Of a stretch of DNA of 64,000 nucleotides, positions 12,268 to 24,665 are shown one piece after another. The stretch is from Mobula hypostoma (taxonomy: Eukaryota). The stretch lies in the NCBI RefSeq assembly GCF_963921235.1, contig NC_086097.1:21764001-21828000 (forward strand), given 5' to 3'. A model generated the notes under the pieces. It saw only the letters and a list, made by a program, of their open reading frames with translations. It ran no database searches and was not told the DNA's origin. A program made the translations under genes and the position numbers. Within the stretch, counting starts at the first letter, position 1. Every line of letters starts with the position of its first letter.

Positions 12268-12836
12268 TGGTTGATTGTTTGTCCTTCGTTGACGTCGATG
12301 AGGACCTCAACACCATTATGATGGTGTCGAGACTAGCGCGTGATTTGGATTTAAGTGAGGGAGAGTTGCGCAGCGTCAGCCTCACTCTCTCTTCCCAATT
12401 CCCATCTGGATCCAGTGGCATGACAGAGTCTAGACGGCTGGAGATGGGACTAGGCGCAGTGGATGACCAGGACGTCTTCTGTGTCTTGTCGTGCTCTACA
12501 TGTTCCACGACGCTTGCAGCGACCGCCTTCTTGACCGTTGGACCTTCCATAGGTCTCATCCGCTCAGTCCGCCGGAGTCTGTCTTCACATGCTGGGATAG
12601 ACAACCCCCTATCACACCGAGGGTTTGAGACCCGTCGGCTACCCTCACCTGGTTTAGCCGGCTTGTCGAAGCCGTTGCCCGGGGTGTGGCCGCTGTCGCA
12701 TGCAAACAGCTACGGGGAGCCACAGGTGAGAGCTGAGTGCCAGGTGGGGACCAAAGGTGGACTAACCGCCCTGAATAGGACACGACATGTTACCCCACCA
12801 GAGGTGCTACCTCTCCCTGACACCCCATACACCCCA
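12268..12836 (-). mobile_element. RTE-derived non-autonomous element, copy 1 of tandem pair
   Basis: Minus-strand 3' end ...cgaaggacaaacaatcaacc is an RTE-type tail. Highly similar to 12903-13410. CpG-rich, suggesting a young insertion. Confidence 0.7.
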
Positions 12837-12902
12837 CACCCATACTACTATACTAGTCCCATTCTCCCCATTAGGGTATGTAGTCTCAATGCCTTGGTAG
12901 GT

Positions 12903-13410
12903 CATTATGATGGTGTGGAGACTAGCGCGTGATTTGGATTTAAGTGAGGGAGAGTTGTGCAGCGTCGGCCTCACTCTCTCTTCCCAAATCCCATCTGGAT
13001 CCGGTGGCAAGACAGAGTCTAGACGGCTGGAGATGGAACCAGGTGCAGTGGATGACCAGGACGTCTTCTGAGTCTTGTCCTGCTCTACACACTCCACAAT
13101 GCTTGCAGAGACCGCCTTCTTGACCGTTGGACCTTCCATTGCTCTCGTCTGCTCAATCCGCCAGAGTCTGTCTTCACATGCTGGGATAGGCAACTCCCTA
13201 TCTGGACCCGTCGGCTACCCTCACCTGGTTTAGCCGGCTTGTCAAAGCTGTTGCCCGGGGTGTGGCCGCTGTCGCATGCAAACAGCTACGGGGAGCCACA
13301 GGTGAGAGCTGAGTGCCAGGTGGGGACCAAAGGTGGACAAACCGCCCTGAAAAGGACACGACATGTTCCTCCACCAGAGGTGCTACCCCTCCCTGACACC
13401 CTATACACCC
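12903..13410 (-). mobile_element. RTE-derived non-autonomous element, copy 2 of tandem pair
   Basis: Direct repeat of about 12314-12836 with scattered substitutions and a short deletion near 13203. Confidence 0.7.
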
Positions 13411-13744
13411 CGACTGGTATAAAGGCACCGATGCTCAGTACCAATAAAGCTATAGAGGGTTGTAAACTCAACCAGCTCCATTATGGGCACAACTCTCCCT
13501 ACCATCAAGGACATATTCAAAAGATAGTGTTTAAGAAGGTGGCATCCATTTTGAAAGAATTTACCACCCAGGACACGCCCTCTTCTCATTGCTGCCATTA
13601 GGGAGGAGGTGCAGGAGCCGGAAGACATACACTTAGTGGTTTAGGAACAGCTTCTTCCACTCTGCAGTCAGATTTCCGAACGGTCCATGAACACTACCTC
13701 ACTATTTTGCTTACTTTTTGCACCATTTCTTTGTTTTTAATGTA

Positions 13745-14197
13745 CGGTGGATTATAGTTAATTGGGCAATTGGTTTATCGGGGCAGCCGCTTATTTGGGA
13801 CAATTCTTAAAGAACAGAAACAGAGAAGTAGCCAGGAGTCCTTTCATTTATTTGGGACAATATGCCGTTTAATTGGGGCCGGAGACTGTTCGAAACATTT
13901 TCTAATTAGTGTCAGTCGCATGCACATCGTGTGGCCGTTAGACACTACACCATGCTGAGAGCAAGCAGTGTTTTAATAGCATCAATTGTGTGTGTTTGTG
14001 TTCAAAAAGCAGCGATTTTTATCACTTGTAGTTGGCGAGAAATAAGCTGTAATTCAGAACTGCTTTGCTCACTGCAGTTTCAAGCATTCAGACTTGGAAA
14101 TGCCAGAAATGGCTGGAAGTGAAAATGAAATGGTTTTACCACTTCACCAAGTTAGGAGCTGAAAAAAATTTTAAGGAATCGACAATCACCTTGAATT
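13745..14197 (+). mobile_element. pogo/Tigger-like DNA transposon remnant
   Basis: TA followed by a c(a/g)gtggatt..gttaattggg terminus. The frameshifted peptide AIFITCSWREIS / VIQNCFAHCSF resembles the pogo transposase C-terminal W..V....I.NCF motif. Confidence 0.6.
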
Positions 14198-14510
14198 TTA
14201 CCTTTGGTCCCGACCAGACACGCGGCTCTCACCTGTGGCTCCAAGTAATTGTTTACATGCGACAGTGGCCTTAACCCCATTACACCACTCCAACAGGTGG
14301 GCTAAGCCAGGTGAGGGTACCTGGCGGGTCTCATACCCCTTGAGATAGAGATATGCCTGTCCTAGCATGGGAAGTCAGCTTTGTCGGACTGCACAGATGA
14401 GATCTACAATGGCCAGGAAGGCGGTTCTGCAACGCTATGTCAGAGCGAACGGCATGATGAGGCACAAAAGAAGTCCTGGTTATCCATTTCAAACAGGGAA
14501 GACCCCAGCT
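14198..14510 (+). mobile_element. Diverged relative of the RTE-derived element at 12268-13410, opposite orientation
   Basis: cctttggtcc...ctctcacctgtggctcc...catgcgacagtggcc...ccaggtgagggta matches the reverse complement of about 12640-12760. Confidence 0.65.
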
Positions 14511-16822
14511 GTGCCACAGTTACCTGCTATGACCTGTACAGTATATGATTCTTGATCCACAGCAATGTGATTGACTCTTGAGGTGCCTCTCAGCTTTGGG
14601 AGATGCTCTTCGTTGGCTGGGTTGGGTGGGTGGGTGAGTGGGCAAGGGGTGGTGATATCTGGACTGCATTGCCTCCTGCTGGAAGGGTGTGATGGGGTGG
14701 TCACCTCTAATGACCATTGGCCAGGCCCCTGAAGAGTTGGAATTAACAGTCACTGAAGCTCTGGCCAATGCACTTAGATTTAATAACCTCTATCAAGAAC
14801 AGACTCTGGAGTCTTTGATCAATATCCTTTGGGTGGCCATATAGAAATTGGCCAATGACCTGGATTGAATTCCTCTGCTGTCTGGAAGGAGTTTATACAT
14901 TTTCCTCGTGACCACATGGGCTCCCTTGGGTGCTCCGGTTTCCTTCTGCAATGCAAAAATGTACGGGTTAGGGGGTTAATTGTGAGACATGGACTCACTG
15001 GCACAGAAGGGCATGTTACCGTGGACATGGTGATGAAGACAAATTAGATACGGGCTTGCTTGCATACTTATCTATCTACCTATCTATTCAAAAAGGTAAT
15101 TTAAAAGATACAGCATTGCAACAAGCCCTTTTCGGTCCTCATCACCCAGTTGTATCAATGTAACCGATTAATCTTCTGAGCCCGTACGTCTTTGGAATGT
15201 GGGAGGGAGCCGGAACACCCGGAGGAAACCCCATGCAGTCACGGGGTGAACATTCATACTTATTACACACAGCAGTGGGGTGGAACCCAGGTTGCTGGCT
15301 CTGTGATAGTGTTATGCCAACCACCATACTACCGTGCCAACACTGATCTGGTCGCCACTGTGTCCATTATAAGTGCAGTCATGTTAAAGTTAGACCTATT
15401 CTTCCCATTATGCGCTCCTTTGTGACTCTCGGTTCTGTAAAAGATTCACCGAGAACACCTGCCCTCAAATCCATTTCGTTCAGAGCAGATGCTATAAGGA
15501 GATTGGACAAGCTACATCATTTTCTCTGCAGCGGCAGAGGCTGAGGGGAGACGTAATAGAAGTTTATGAAATGATATGTGGCATAGACAGAATTGACAGC
15601 CAGTATCTCTTTCCCAGAGTCAATAGTCTAATACTGGATGGTCAGTGGGCAGGGTGGGGGTGGGTGGGGAGGAGGGTTCAAGGGAGATGTGGGAAGCAAG
15701 TTTTTTTTTAATATATACACAAAGAGTGGTACATAGCTGGAATGCACTGCCAGGGATGGTGGGAGATGTTCAAGAGAATCGTAAGTATAAATTGATTGGT
15801 TTATTACTGTCACATGTACAAAGTTCAGTGAAAAGCTTGTCTTGCATTCTGTTCGTACAAATGAATTAATTACAAAATACATTGAGGTAGTACAAAGTTA
15901 AGTAATAACAGAATGGAGAACGAAGTGTTACAGTTACAGAGAGTGCAGTGCAGGGAAACAATAAGGTCCACAGAGAATGGAGAGATACAGACCATGTGCA
16001 GAATCAGATTCATTTATTTGTGGAATGCATATCGAATCATACAGTGAACATAAGCAACGCAATTTAAGGATGTACTGGGAGCAGCCCATGAGTATCGCCG
16101 CACTTTCTGGCATGCCCACAATGCTTAGCAGAACAACACAGAACACAAGAAGCAACAAAACAACAACAGCAAGATCCTCCCTCCCACTCTCCCACACACC
16201 CTGACAGTCCTGCAGTCCTGGGATTGGCCTCCTGGACCGCACTGTACTCACAGACAACGAGCTTCTGACTTTCCTACTGGACACTCAGACATGTGGACCC
16301 AATACTTCCTCCTTTGGGCCTCGACTTCTGGACTTCCAATCGACCTTTGGGCTTCGATTTTTGGTACTGACCCCAGGACTAACCAATGATGAGACCCCAA
16401 ACTCCAGGCCTGCAAGTCCAGACTTGCCAGTAACGGGACCCTGAATTTCAGGCCTTGAAGCAGCGGATGGACAGGATTAGTGTCATTTGGCATCTTTAGC
16501 TTAATTAACTCAGTTCAACATCATGGGCTGAAAAGCCTGTTTCTGCGCTGTCCTGTTTTATGTTGTACATTCACAAAAAATTGACAATTTCAAGTTTAAG
16601 TTCGTTTAATTATCATTGAACCGTATAAAAATATAGCCAAATGAAGTGTTCCTCCAGGGCCAAGGTGCAAAACACATTACCAGCAGCACACAGCGCATAT
16701 AGCACAAATGGTTACAATAGCAGAAAAACATAGTCACAAAAAAAATAGCTTAAGTCCCCGAGTAGCATGTCCTGTAGGTTGATGGTGCAGGGGATGTTGT
16801 CAAGAGGACTAGAATATAAAAT

Positions 16823-17577
16823 TGAAGCCCCTTTTTACTAGGTGTCTCTCGAAACACAGCTCATTAGCCCCTGGACTCAGTGGGGGAAAAAACCACCTTT
16901 CTCGAACTCTGTACGTCTAGGGTCACTCTTACTTGGGTCCCACCAGACTGGAAAGTTGGAATGCCTTGACCACCCGACCCGCAATCTGAGTGAATACTGT
17001 GTAAACATTGCCCACGTGCAATTATCAGTCAGCAAGGAATAACAGATCGTACACTGCAGGCAATTATAAAGAAGGTGTATTTATGAATGTCAGCTTAATC
17101 AAATAGTTATTAAAGAAGAAAGAAAAAAATAAGGCCCATTATAAATTACAGTCAAATGTGCACAAGGTTGGAGCACATATCTTCCAAAAGCTGGATGTGT
17201 CCTTGCGCTCACGGTGCCAACTCCTATTCACCGATCACAAGTAGAACTTCCCATCTCAGACTACATTGAGTCACACACTCCGGTTGGATCAAATCCTACC
17301 ACCACTTCTCTCGATCTTCTCTCTCCAGCTCCCACTGAAAAGACACCAAAACACCCCAAAGTCCGTCATAAAACTTGTTCGCCCAGCTTTCTCTAGAACC
17401 TTCTCCCAATGCTGCCATCCTGATTGGCTGGACCCAACATTCCTAAGCATGAACATCACAACTCCTTATCTTTAATGGTAGCCCAAACACTATCAGCAGA
17501 AAACACGGCTTCTACAGAAAACCATTAAATGCAATACCCTACAACATTAGCAGTAAAATCTTAACCAGAGCGTTACA
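16823..17577 (-). repeat. 3' LTR of the Gypsy element (about 755 bp)
   Basis: On the minus strand it begins TGTAACGCTCTGGTTAAG immediately after the polypurine tract tggtggagggaagtg (17578-17592) and ends ggggcttCA. Its first ~85 bp recur at 22028-22111. Confidence 0.8.
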
Positions 17578-20500
17578 CACTTCCCTCCACCAAAAATCAT
17601 GTCCTCATAACTTTGAAACTTATTAAACCATCATTAATAATACAATTTGCAAAGAAATTTTGTGATGTCAAGACCTCCAACCCTTTTGTGAATGATAGTG
17701 ATGTATCTCACTAGGGGGATAGACACAACATTCTGTTCCCCTGGTGCATCATGAACCAGCCTGTCTGGGAGTTTCCTGACTCGTTGAGACCTTCTTATCC
17801 CACCTTCAGCTTCTTCAACCTAAGAACTCCTGGTGATCTTTCTTGTCTTCTTGGGGATGCCTCCCCTGTCTATTACTCTGGCAACTCGCATCTCCTTGTC
17901 ACTTGACTGAGCTCAGCTTCATCCCCAATAACTTTGGAGTCCAGCTTCCCTTCATTGTCTAACATCGAGTCTACCTGTACCTCTCTCCACTACATTTGCA
18001 TCAGCGTGGTGAGGTTCAGGAATATCGTCATTAATTACTGGGGAGTTTGCACAAGGTAAGGTATACCACACCCCCATTTCCTCACTGCTGAGTTCATACA
18101 GCATTCAGTGGTTGGGTCCCTCTCAGTCTCCCCACTGATTGCCTTTCTGTTCTTCCCCTTCGGTGTAGAGTCCTCCTACTAGATGTAGGGTCCATGTTAG
18201 GCTCTGGGTCAACACGTAACTCCTGCTCCAGAGGTAAAAAGTGATTCTGACAGGCTCATTACTATCTTCTGGCACATTTGGCATGTAATTCTCCACTACG
18301 TAAAGTGTAGCCACCCAGCAGTCAGCCAACGTATGTTTCCCTAGTAACTCCAAATTCCTTATGAGTACTCTGTCTCCAGGCATCAGCTGGGAGAACCTAA
18401 TTGTAGCAGTGGACCAGATGCCCAATTTGCTGACTCCATTTGCTGTCCTTGCTATATCCAGGGTTCCAAGCATATCTAGCAAAGTCCAGTTGAACCTCTC
18501 AGGCTGGGGATTGCGCTATGGATGATAAGGAGTGGTCCTTAACTTATACTCCTAGCATGCCCAGTAACTCATGTATGAGCCTACTCTCAAAATCTCTTCC
18601 CGAATCATTGTGTATCTGTCTTGAAGGTCATAATGGAACAAAATACTTTTCCTATAACACTTTGACCATGGTAGACGCTCCCTGATCCTTTGTAGGGAAA
18701 GCTTGAGCATATCTGGTGTGGGGATCAGTAATAATCAAGACATTTGCAGTGCTGCTGGAATCGGTCTCCATGGCAAAGAAATCCTTACATACTAAATCAA
18801 GTGGCTCTGCACCCTGGAAATGGAATAAGGAAGCGACCCTTGTCGGCAGCATCTTCCTCCGAATACATCGAATGCACGACTTACAGTAGTCTTCAACCTC
18901 AGGCTTCATTCGGGGCCGGTTGAACCGATCCCGAGCTGATCAATAGGTGTTGTCAAACCCCAAATGACCTGAATCATCAGCACAATCCTTCGATGTTTCT
19001 CAGGCAAAACCAACTGGGAACGCTGAGGCCAGTCTGGAGGAGACGTGACCCAGTACAGAACCTGGTTCCTTAACTCCACTTTGTTCCATTCTCTCACAGC
19101 AGGGGCATAGTCTTTTCATCCTTGGCCATATCCCCTTTCTGCCACAGCTGACCAGACAGCACCTATACAAGGGTCATCTTGCTGAGCTGCCACCACTTCC
19201 CCAGGACCAATGCAGGCAACTGCTTTGTATTCAGGGCAGTCACGTTGCAGAAAGCTTGTGGAATGACAACCAGAAATGTTGCACAGCTGTATCCTGCCGC
19301 AGCCTTGCCTCTGGTTTCCCGGTGGTGGAGAACTGGCACATCGCTTTAATTCCAGAGACAGGAACACTCTTACACTCTCCATCCATTTCCTGCCCTTCCT
19401 GTGAACATTGGGACAATGCATCGACATCAATGTTCTGGCTCCTTAGCCAATACTTCAGGCTGGAATCATAGGCAGACGACGCTGCCGACCAACAATGGCC
19501 CTGTGGCATCTAGTTTCGCTGAGGTCAGGATACAAGTCAATGGATTTTTTTTTTCAGTCCTCACCTCGAACTTGGCACCATATAGACAGGCATTTAACTT
19601 ATCCACCACAGCCCATTTCAATGCCAGAAACTCCAATTTGTGCATGAGGTAGTTTTGGTCGGAGGGTGATGGACTCTGGCTGACAAAGGCAACGGGTCTC
19701 AACCCTGTGCCCTGATCCTGATACAGAACACTCCCTAAGCCTTCTCGGCTGGCGTCTGTATGCAGTGCAAATGGCAGTTGGGGGTTTGCAAAGGCCAACA
19801 CAAGTTCTTTATTCAGTAGCTCATTCAGCACCTGGAAGGCCTCTTCACATTTTGCTCCGAAAGGCTCCAAAGGACTAAGCTGAACTTTACCATCTCCTTC
19901 TTTTGTCCTTCTCCCTTTCTTCCCCAAGGGAGGATAACTGCACAGAACCTGATTCAAAGGCTGGCTTACTTTAGGGTAGTCCTTCACAAATATCTGGTAG
20001 CACCCACAGAATCCAAGGAATGACCATAGAGCACTCACATTCTTGGGCCTTTGCCATGTGGTCACCGCCTCTATCTTGGACGGTTCTGTAACTACTCCAT
20101 CCTGTGGGACTATGACCTGACGTAGTTGACAGACGTCTTGCAAAACTGGCACTTATCCAGTGACAGTTTCAACCCTGCAGCTTTCAGACGGCCTAATATC
20201 TTCAGTAGCCTGGACCCGAGCACTATTGTGATCATCCAGGCACACTAGCACCTCAGCAACTTCATGTCCCCAGCAGTCTTCGCCATGACACGTTGGAAAG
20301 TAGCTGGTGCTCCTGATATGCCCTGGGGCATTCTTTCAAACTGGAAGAATCCAAATGGATATATGAATGCCGTCTTCTCCTTGTCAGTCTCACTCATGGG
20401 TATCTGATAATACCCGCTCCTTAGGTCCAGCACACTGAACCACTTCGCTCCATTCAAGCAGGCCAGTGCGTCCTTGATCTGCAGAACAGTATATTGGTCG

Positions 20501-21084
20501 GGAACTGTTCGTCAGTTCAGAGTCCAATAGTCAACACACATTCGTACCTTCCCATTCTTCTTCCTCACCACCACTATGGGTGACACATAGGGACTCCATG
20601 GCTCAGTGATATTCCCTGCTTCCTTCAGTTTCAGCAGGTGCTGCCGAACATCCTCCAGCTCTGCTGTGCTAGTCGTCGAGACCTCTCTCTGAAAGGGGTG
20701 TCCTGTCACTCGATGGTGTGGTGAGTACTCTTGGAACAACCCACATCAAACTTGTCAGTAGAAAGGACATCTTTGAACTTTAATATCTTCTCTGTCAGTC
20801 TCCTTTTCTGACTCTCAGGTACCGGGAAGTCACCAAATTTGAGTGACTTGGCTATCAACTTTCCTGATCCAGGAGATTGTCTCTCTCCTGGTTTTCCTAA
20901 CAGGAAAACTAGACATTACGGGCACTGGAAAAAGCTGTGTCATCAGCATCCCCTGCCTGGGGGTGACCTCTCTCTCTCCGAGGTGTTCCACACAATCACT
21001 GTCATCCTGTTTACGTGGATAGCTGACCTCTTTGCAGTTCAGGCCTCACCAGTACCCAGTGTGATCAGTTCAACTGGCCCCAGA

Positions 21085-22027
21085 TGAAGCTTGAAGTTGA
21101 AAGTACTGTAAGTCGTGCATTCGATGTATTCAGAGGAAGATGCTGTCTACGAGGGTTGCTCCCTTATCCCATTTACAGAGTGTGGGGCCACTTGATTTGG
21201 TGTGTATGAACTTCCTCTCCAAATAGCCTGATTCCAGCAACACTGCGAATGTCTTGGCTATTACTGATATGCCCAAGCCTTCCCTACAAAGGATCAGATG
21301 GCCAAAGTGTTATGGGAAAAGTATTTTGTTCCTTATGGCCTTCTAAGATGGATGCACAGCAATCAGGGAAGGGATTTTAAGAGTAGGCTCATACGTGAGG
21401 TACTGGGCATGCTTGGAGACAAGAAGTTGGGGACCACTCCTTATCGCATTCAGGGTAATCTCCAGCCTGACAGGTTCTATCGGACATTGCTAGACATGCT
21501 CAGAACCCTGAATATCAGTAAGAAGAACAAATGGAGTCAGCATATTGGGCATCTGGTCCACTGCAACAACTCTACACAGAATGAAGCTACTGGATACTCG
21601 CCTTACTATTTGATGTTCAGGCGCAAAGCCTGTAGATCTCTTGTTTTATGACTGGCAGGGAAGACTTGCCACAAAAGACCTATCTTTAGCGTCTGACATG
21701 AGGAAGGAACTGCAAAAGGCTTATGAACTAGCAGAGGTCTCTGCTACCAAGCAACATCAAGGAAACAAGAGGAGATATGATCAAAAGATTAGGTTCTCCC
21801 AGATGATGCCTGGAGACAGAGTACCTATGAGGAACTTGGAGCTACTAGGAAGCATCAGTTGGCTGACCACTGGGTGGCTATGCCTTACGAAGTGGAGAGG
21901 CAGACGCCAGTTGTGCCAGTTTTCCGGGTGAAGACAGAAGATGGGAATGAGTCTGTCAAAATTCTCCACTGGAATCACCTTTTACCTCTAAGGCAGGAGG
22001 TACATGTTGACCCAGAGTCTGACATGC
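21085..22027 (+). mobile_element. Inverted second Gypsy integrase segment
   Basis: ORFs 21298-21651 (HSNQGRDFKS...TTPY..QGN.Q.DRF.RTL) and 21641-22071 are homologous to the minus-strand integrase at about 18120-18900. Confidence 0.85.
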
Positions 22028-22111
22028 CAGCAGAACACACTGCTTCTGCAGAAAACTTTCAAATGAACTAACCTACAAAATTAGGAATAAGATCTTAACC
22101 CGGGTGTTACA

Positions 22112-22712
22112 AGAGCAAGAATGTAATGTTCGTACTTTATAAAGCACTGATGAGGCCTCACGTGGAGTATTGTGGGCAGTTTTGGGCCCCCTATCTTAGA
22201 AAGGATGTGTTGAAACTGGAGAGGGTCAAAGTAAGTTCACAAAAATTATTCCAGGATTGAATAGCTTGTCATATGAAGAGGGTGTGATGGCTCCGGGCCT
22301 GTGTTCACTGGAATTCAGAAGAATGAAGAGTGACCTCAGTGAAACCTATCGAATGGTGAAAGGCCTTGATAGAATGGATGTGGAGAGAATGTTTCCTATG
22401 GTGGGAGAGTACAAGACCAGAGAATACAGCCTCAGAATAGAGGGGCATCCTTTTAGAATGGAGATTATCAGGAATTTTAGCCAGACAGTGGTGAATCTGT
22501 GGAATTCTTTGCCATAGGCAGCTGTGAAGGTCAAGTCTTTATGTATATTTAAAGCAGAGGTTGATAGATTCTTTATTGGTCAGGGCATGAAGGCTTCTGG
22601 TGAGAAGGCAGGAGACTGGGGTTAAGAGGAAAATTGGATCACGCATGATGAAATGGCAGAGCAGACTTAGTGGGCCAAATGGCCTATTCTGCTCCTGTAT
22701 CTTATGGTCTTA
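22112..22712 (+). mobile_element. CR1 LINE 3' fragment (host of the Gypsy insertion; short 5' stub at about 16801-16818)
   Basis: ORF 22257-22517 has SLEFRRMKSDLSETYRMVKGLDR...VVNLWNSLP; ends in a tcttatggtctt tail. Confidence 0.85.
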
Positions 22713-22879
22713 ATGCAAGATCTGCTATTTAGATAACCCCAAGAGGATGCAGTAAGCTTTGATAACAATGGAATCTCCATGGGCCTCACCTTCTCCCTGC
22801 TCTGCTTCCTTCCAAAACTTCAAAGGCACGTCTAAGGTCAGTCCGAGGATCAGAAGTCCGCATTGCCACGCCCCACTAA

Positions 22880-23280
22880 GACCATAAGACCATAAGACAT
22901 AGGAGCAGAATTAAGCCATTCAACTCATCGAGTCTGCTTCACCATTCAAGCATGGCTGATATAATGTCCCTCTCAATCCTATTCCTCTATAACCTTTGAC
23001 GCCATTACTAATCAAGCACCTATCAACCTCTGCTTTAAATATACCCAACGAATTGGCCTACACAGCCATATGAGGCAATGAATTCCACAAATTCATCACC
23101 CTCCGGTTGAAGAAATTCTTCCTCATTTCTGTTCTAAAGGGATGTCCTTCTATTCTGAAGCAGTGCCCTCTGGCCCTTAGCTCCCCCACTCCAGGAAATC
23201 CCCTCTCCACATCCACTCTATTTAGACATTCCAATATTCATAAGCTTCAGCGAGATTCCCCCTCGTTCTTCTGATCTCCC
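22880..23280 (-). mobile_element. CR1 3' end, minus strand
   Basis: accataagaccataagacataggagcagaatt is the reverse complement of the CR1 tail; gaattccacaaattcatcaccctc is the WNSLP region. Confidence 0.8.
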
Positions 23281-23860
23281 AAAGAGTGGAGAGTTCTGAT
23301 TGTGAATACGGGCAATCAGTGAGCCTCTGCTCTGATGTTGCCTGGAGTTCAGGGGCTGTGCGATTGGAGTGCTGCCTTTTAATTATTGTTTCTGCTGACA
23401 TTGTGCTTTGTGGTGATAGCAGTGATAATGGCAAAGTCAACAAAAGGCTGTTGTTCCAAAGAGGCTCACTTTGCAAACTCGTTATTATTTTCAAATCCCT
23501 GTGGAATTGTCCAAGAGACTTTAAGAATGTAGGCATCGACCTGAAGAAAAAAATAATAATCACAGGGACTAAAACAGAAATTGACAGGATTTTTTCACCC
23601 AGCATCCTTAAACCCTCCGATGTTAATGGTTTTCGTTACAATAATATTACTGGTGGGGAGAAGGGGGTGTTTGAAGGTGAGCATTCTGACTGGCTGCATT
23701 ACTGTCTGGTGTGGAGGCACCAGTGCCCAGCATCAGGAAAAAGCTGCAGAGGTTGTAAACTCAGCCAGCTCCATCATGGGCACTAGCCTCTTATCCATCG
23801 AGGGCATCTTCAGAGGGCGCTGCCTCACGAAGGCGGCATCCTTCGTAAAAGACCCCCACC

Positions 23861-24201
23861 CTCGAAAAAATTACTTATAATTTAAGAGATAAATATGATA
23901 CATTTTTGAATATTTGGCGCCCATATTTACAAAAGATAGGATGGCATATTTAGTTGCTCCAATGATAAAGATGTTGGTCCCTTGGGGAAAGTAATAAATA
24001 AATATACTAAATTTATTTTGAATCCCATGGAGCATGTGGAAACTTTCCAATATCCAGGCAGTTCTCCTTTCTTCTTTTCTTTTCTTTTTTTTCAGGTAGG
24101 TGTATATATCAGGGGGAAGGGTTAAGGGGAGGGGGGAGGGTAGATATTATCATTCTATGTAATCATTTCGAAAACTCAATAAAAATTATATTAAAAAAAA
24201 A
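23861..24201 (+). mobile_element. L1-clade LINE 3' end with poly(A) and 15-bp TSD, nested in a Rex1-derived repeat
   Basis: Encodes LEKITYNLRDKYDTFLNIWRPYLQKIG, like the fish L1 ORF2 C-terminus. AATAAA and an A-rich tail. TSD taaaagac(c/t)cccacc at 23846-23860 and 24202-24216. Confidence 0.8.
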
Positions 24202-24665
24202 TAAAAGACTCCCACCACCTAGGACATGCCCTCTTCTCATTACTACCATCAGAGAGGAGGTACAGGAGCCTGAAGACGCAACCTCAACATTTTAGGAGCA
24301 GCTCTTCCCCTCTGCCACCAGATTTCTGAACGGTCTATGAACCCTTCAACACTACTATTTTACTCTCTTTTTATTAATTTATTTAAAAATATTTCCTATT
24401 ATAAATGATGGTAATTTTTTACGTATTGCTCTGTGCTGCTGCCACAACACAACAAATTTTACGCCTACGTCAGTGATAATAAACCTGATTCTGATTGTCA
24501 ACGGGGTTTAGAGGTGAAAAGTCACACTTTATGGAAAGCTTGTTACCTTATTCATCTGCATTTAAAAGATGGCAGGGTGGGGTGGAGGTGGGGAAGAGTC
24601 ATTGGTTAACCAAGGATTGTCAGCATGGCTTTGAGAGACCCTGTCTGACAAATTTGATAATTTGA

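Larger units (their letters stand above)
16823..22111 (-). mobile_element. Gypsy/Ty3 LTR retrotransposon, degenerate and rearranged, inserted in a CR1
   Basis: Minus-strand pol order is RT (SPIVVVRKKNGKVRMCVDY; FSVLDLRSGYYQI...MPQGISGAPATFQR), RNase H (LHTDASREGLGSVL...HKLEFLALKWAV), integrase (YCKSCIRC, PLDLVCKDF). TG...CA termini. CR1 sequence is continuous across the element (gaatata|agagcaag), with a degenerate 4-bp TSD aaat/agag. Confidence 0.9.

Noticed and set aside
12780..12836. HDV-like ribozyme at the 5' end of the RTE-derived element
   Set aside because: I could not assemble the nested double pseudoknot by eye; it needs a descriptor search and is not claimed.
12186..12932. 248-aa ORF as a novel gene
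   Set aside because: Lies antisense across a GC-rich RTE-derived repeat, has no recognisable domain, and the frame is not preserved intact in the adjacent second copy.
23286..23786. 166-aa ORF
   Set aside because: No recognisable motif, non-ATG start, and it runs into a Rex1-derived repeat.
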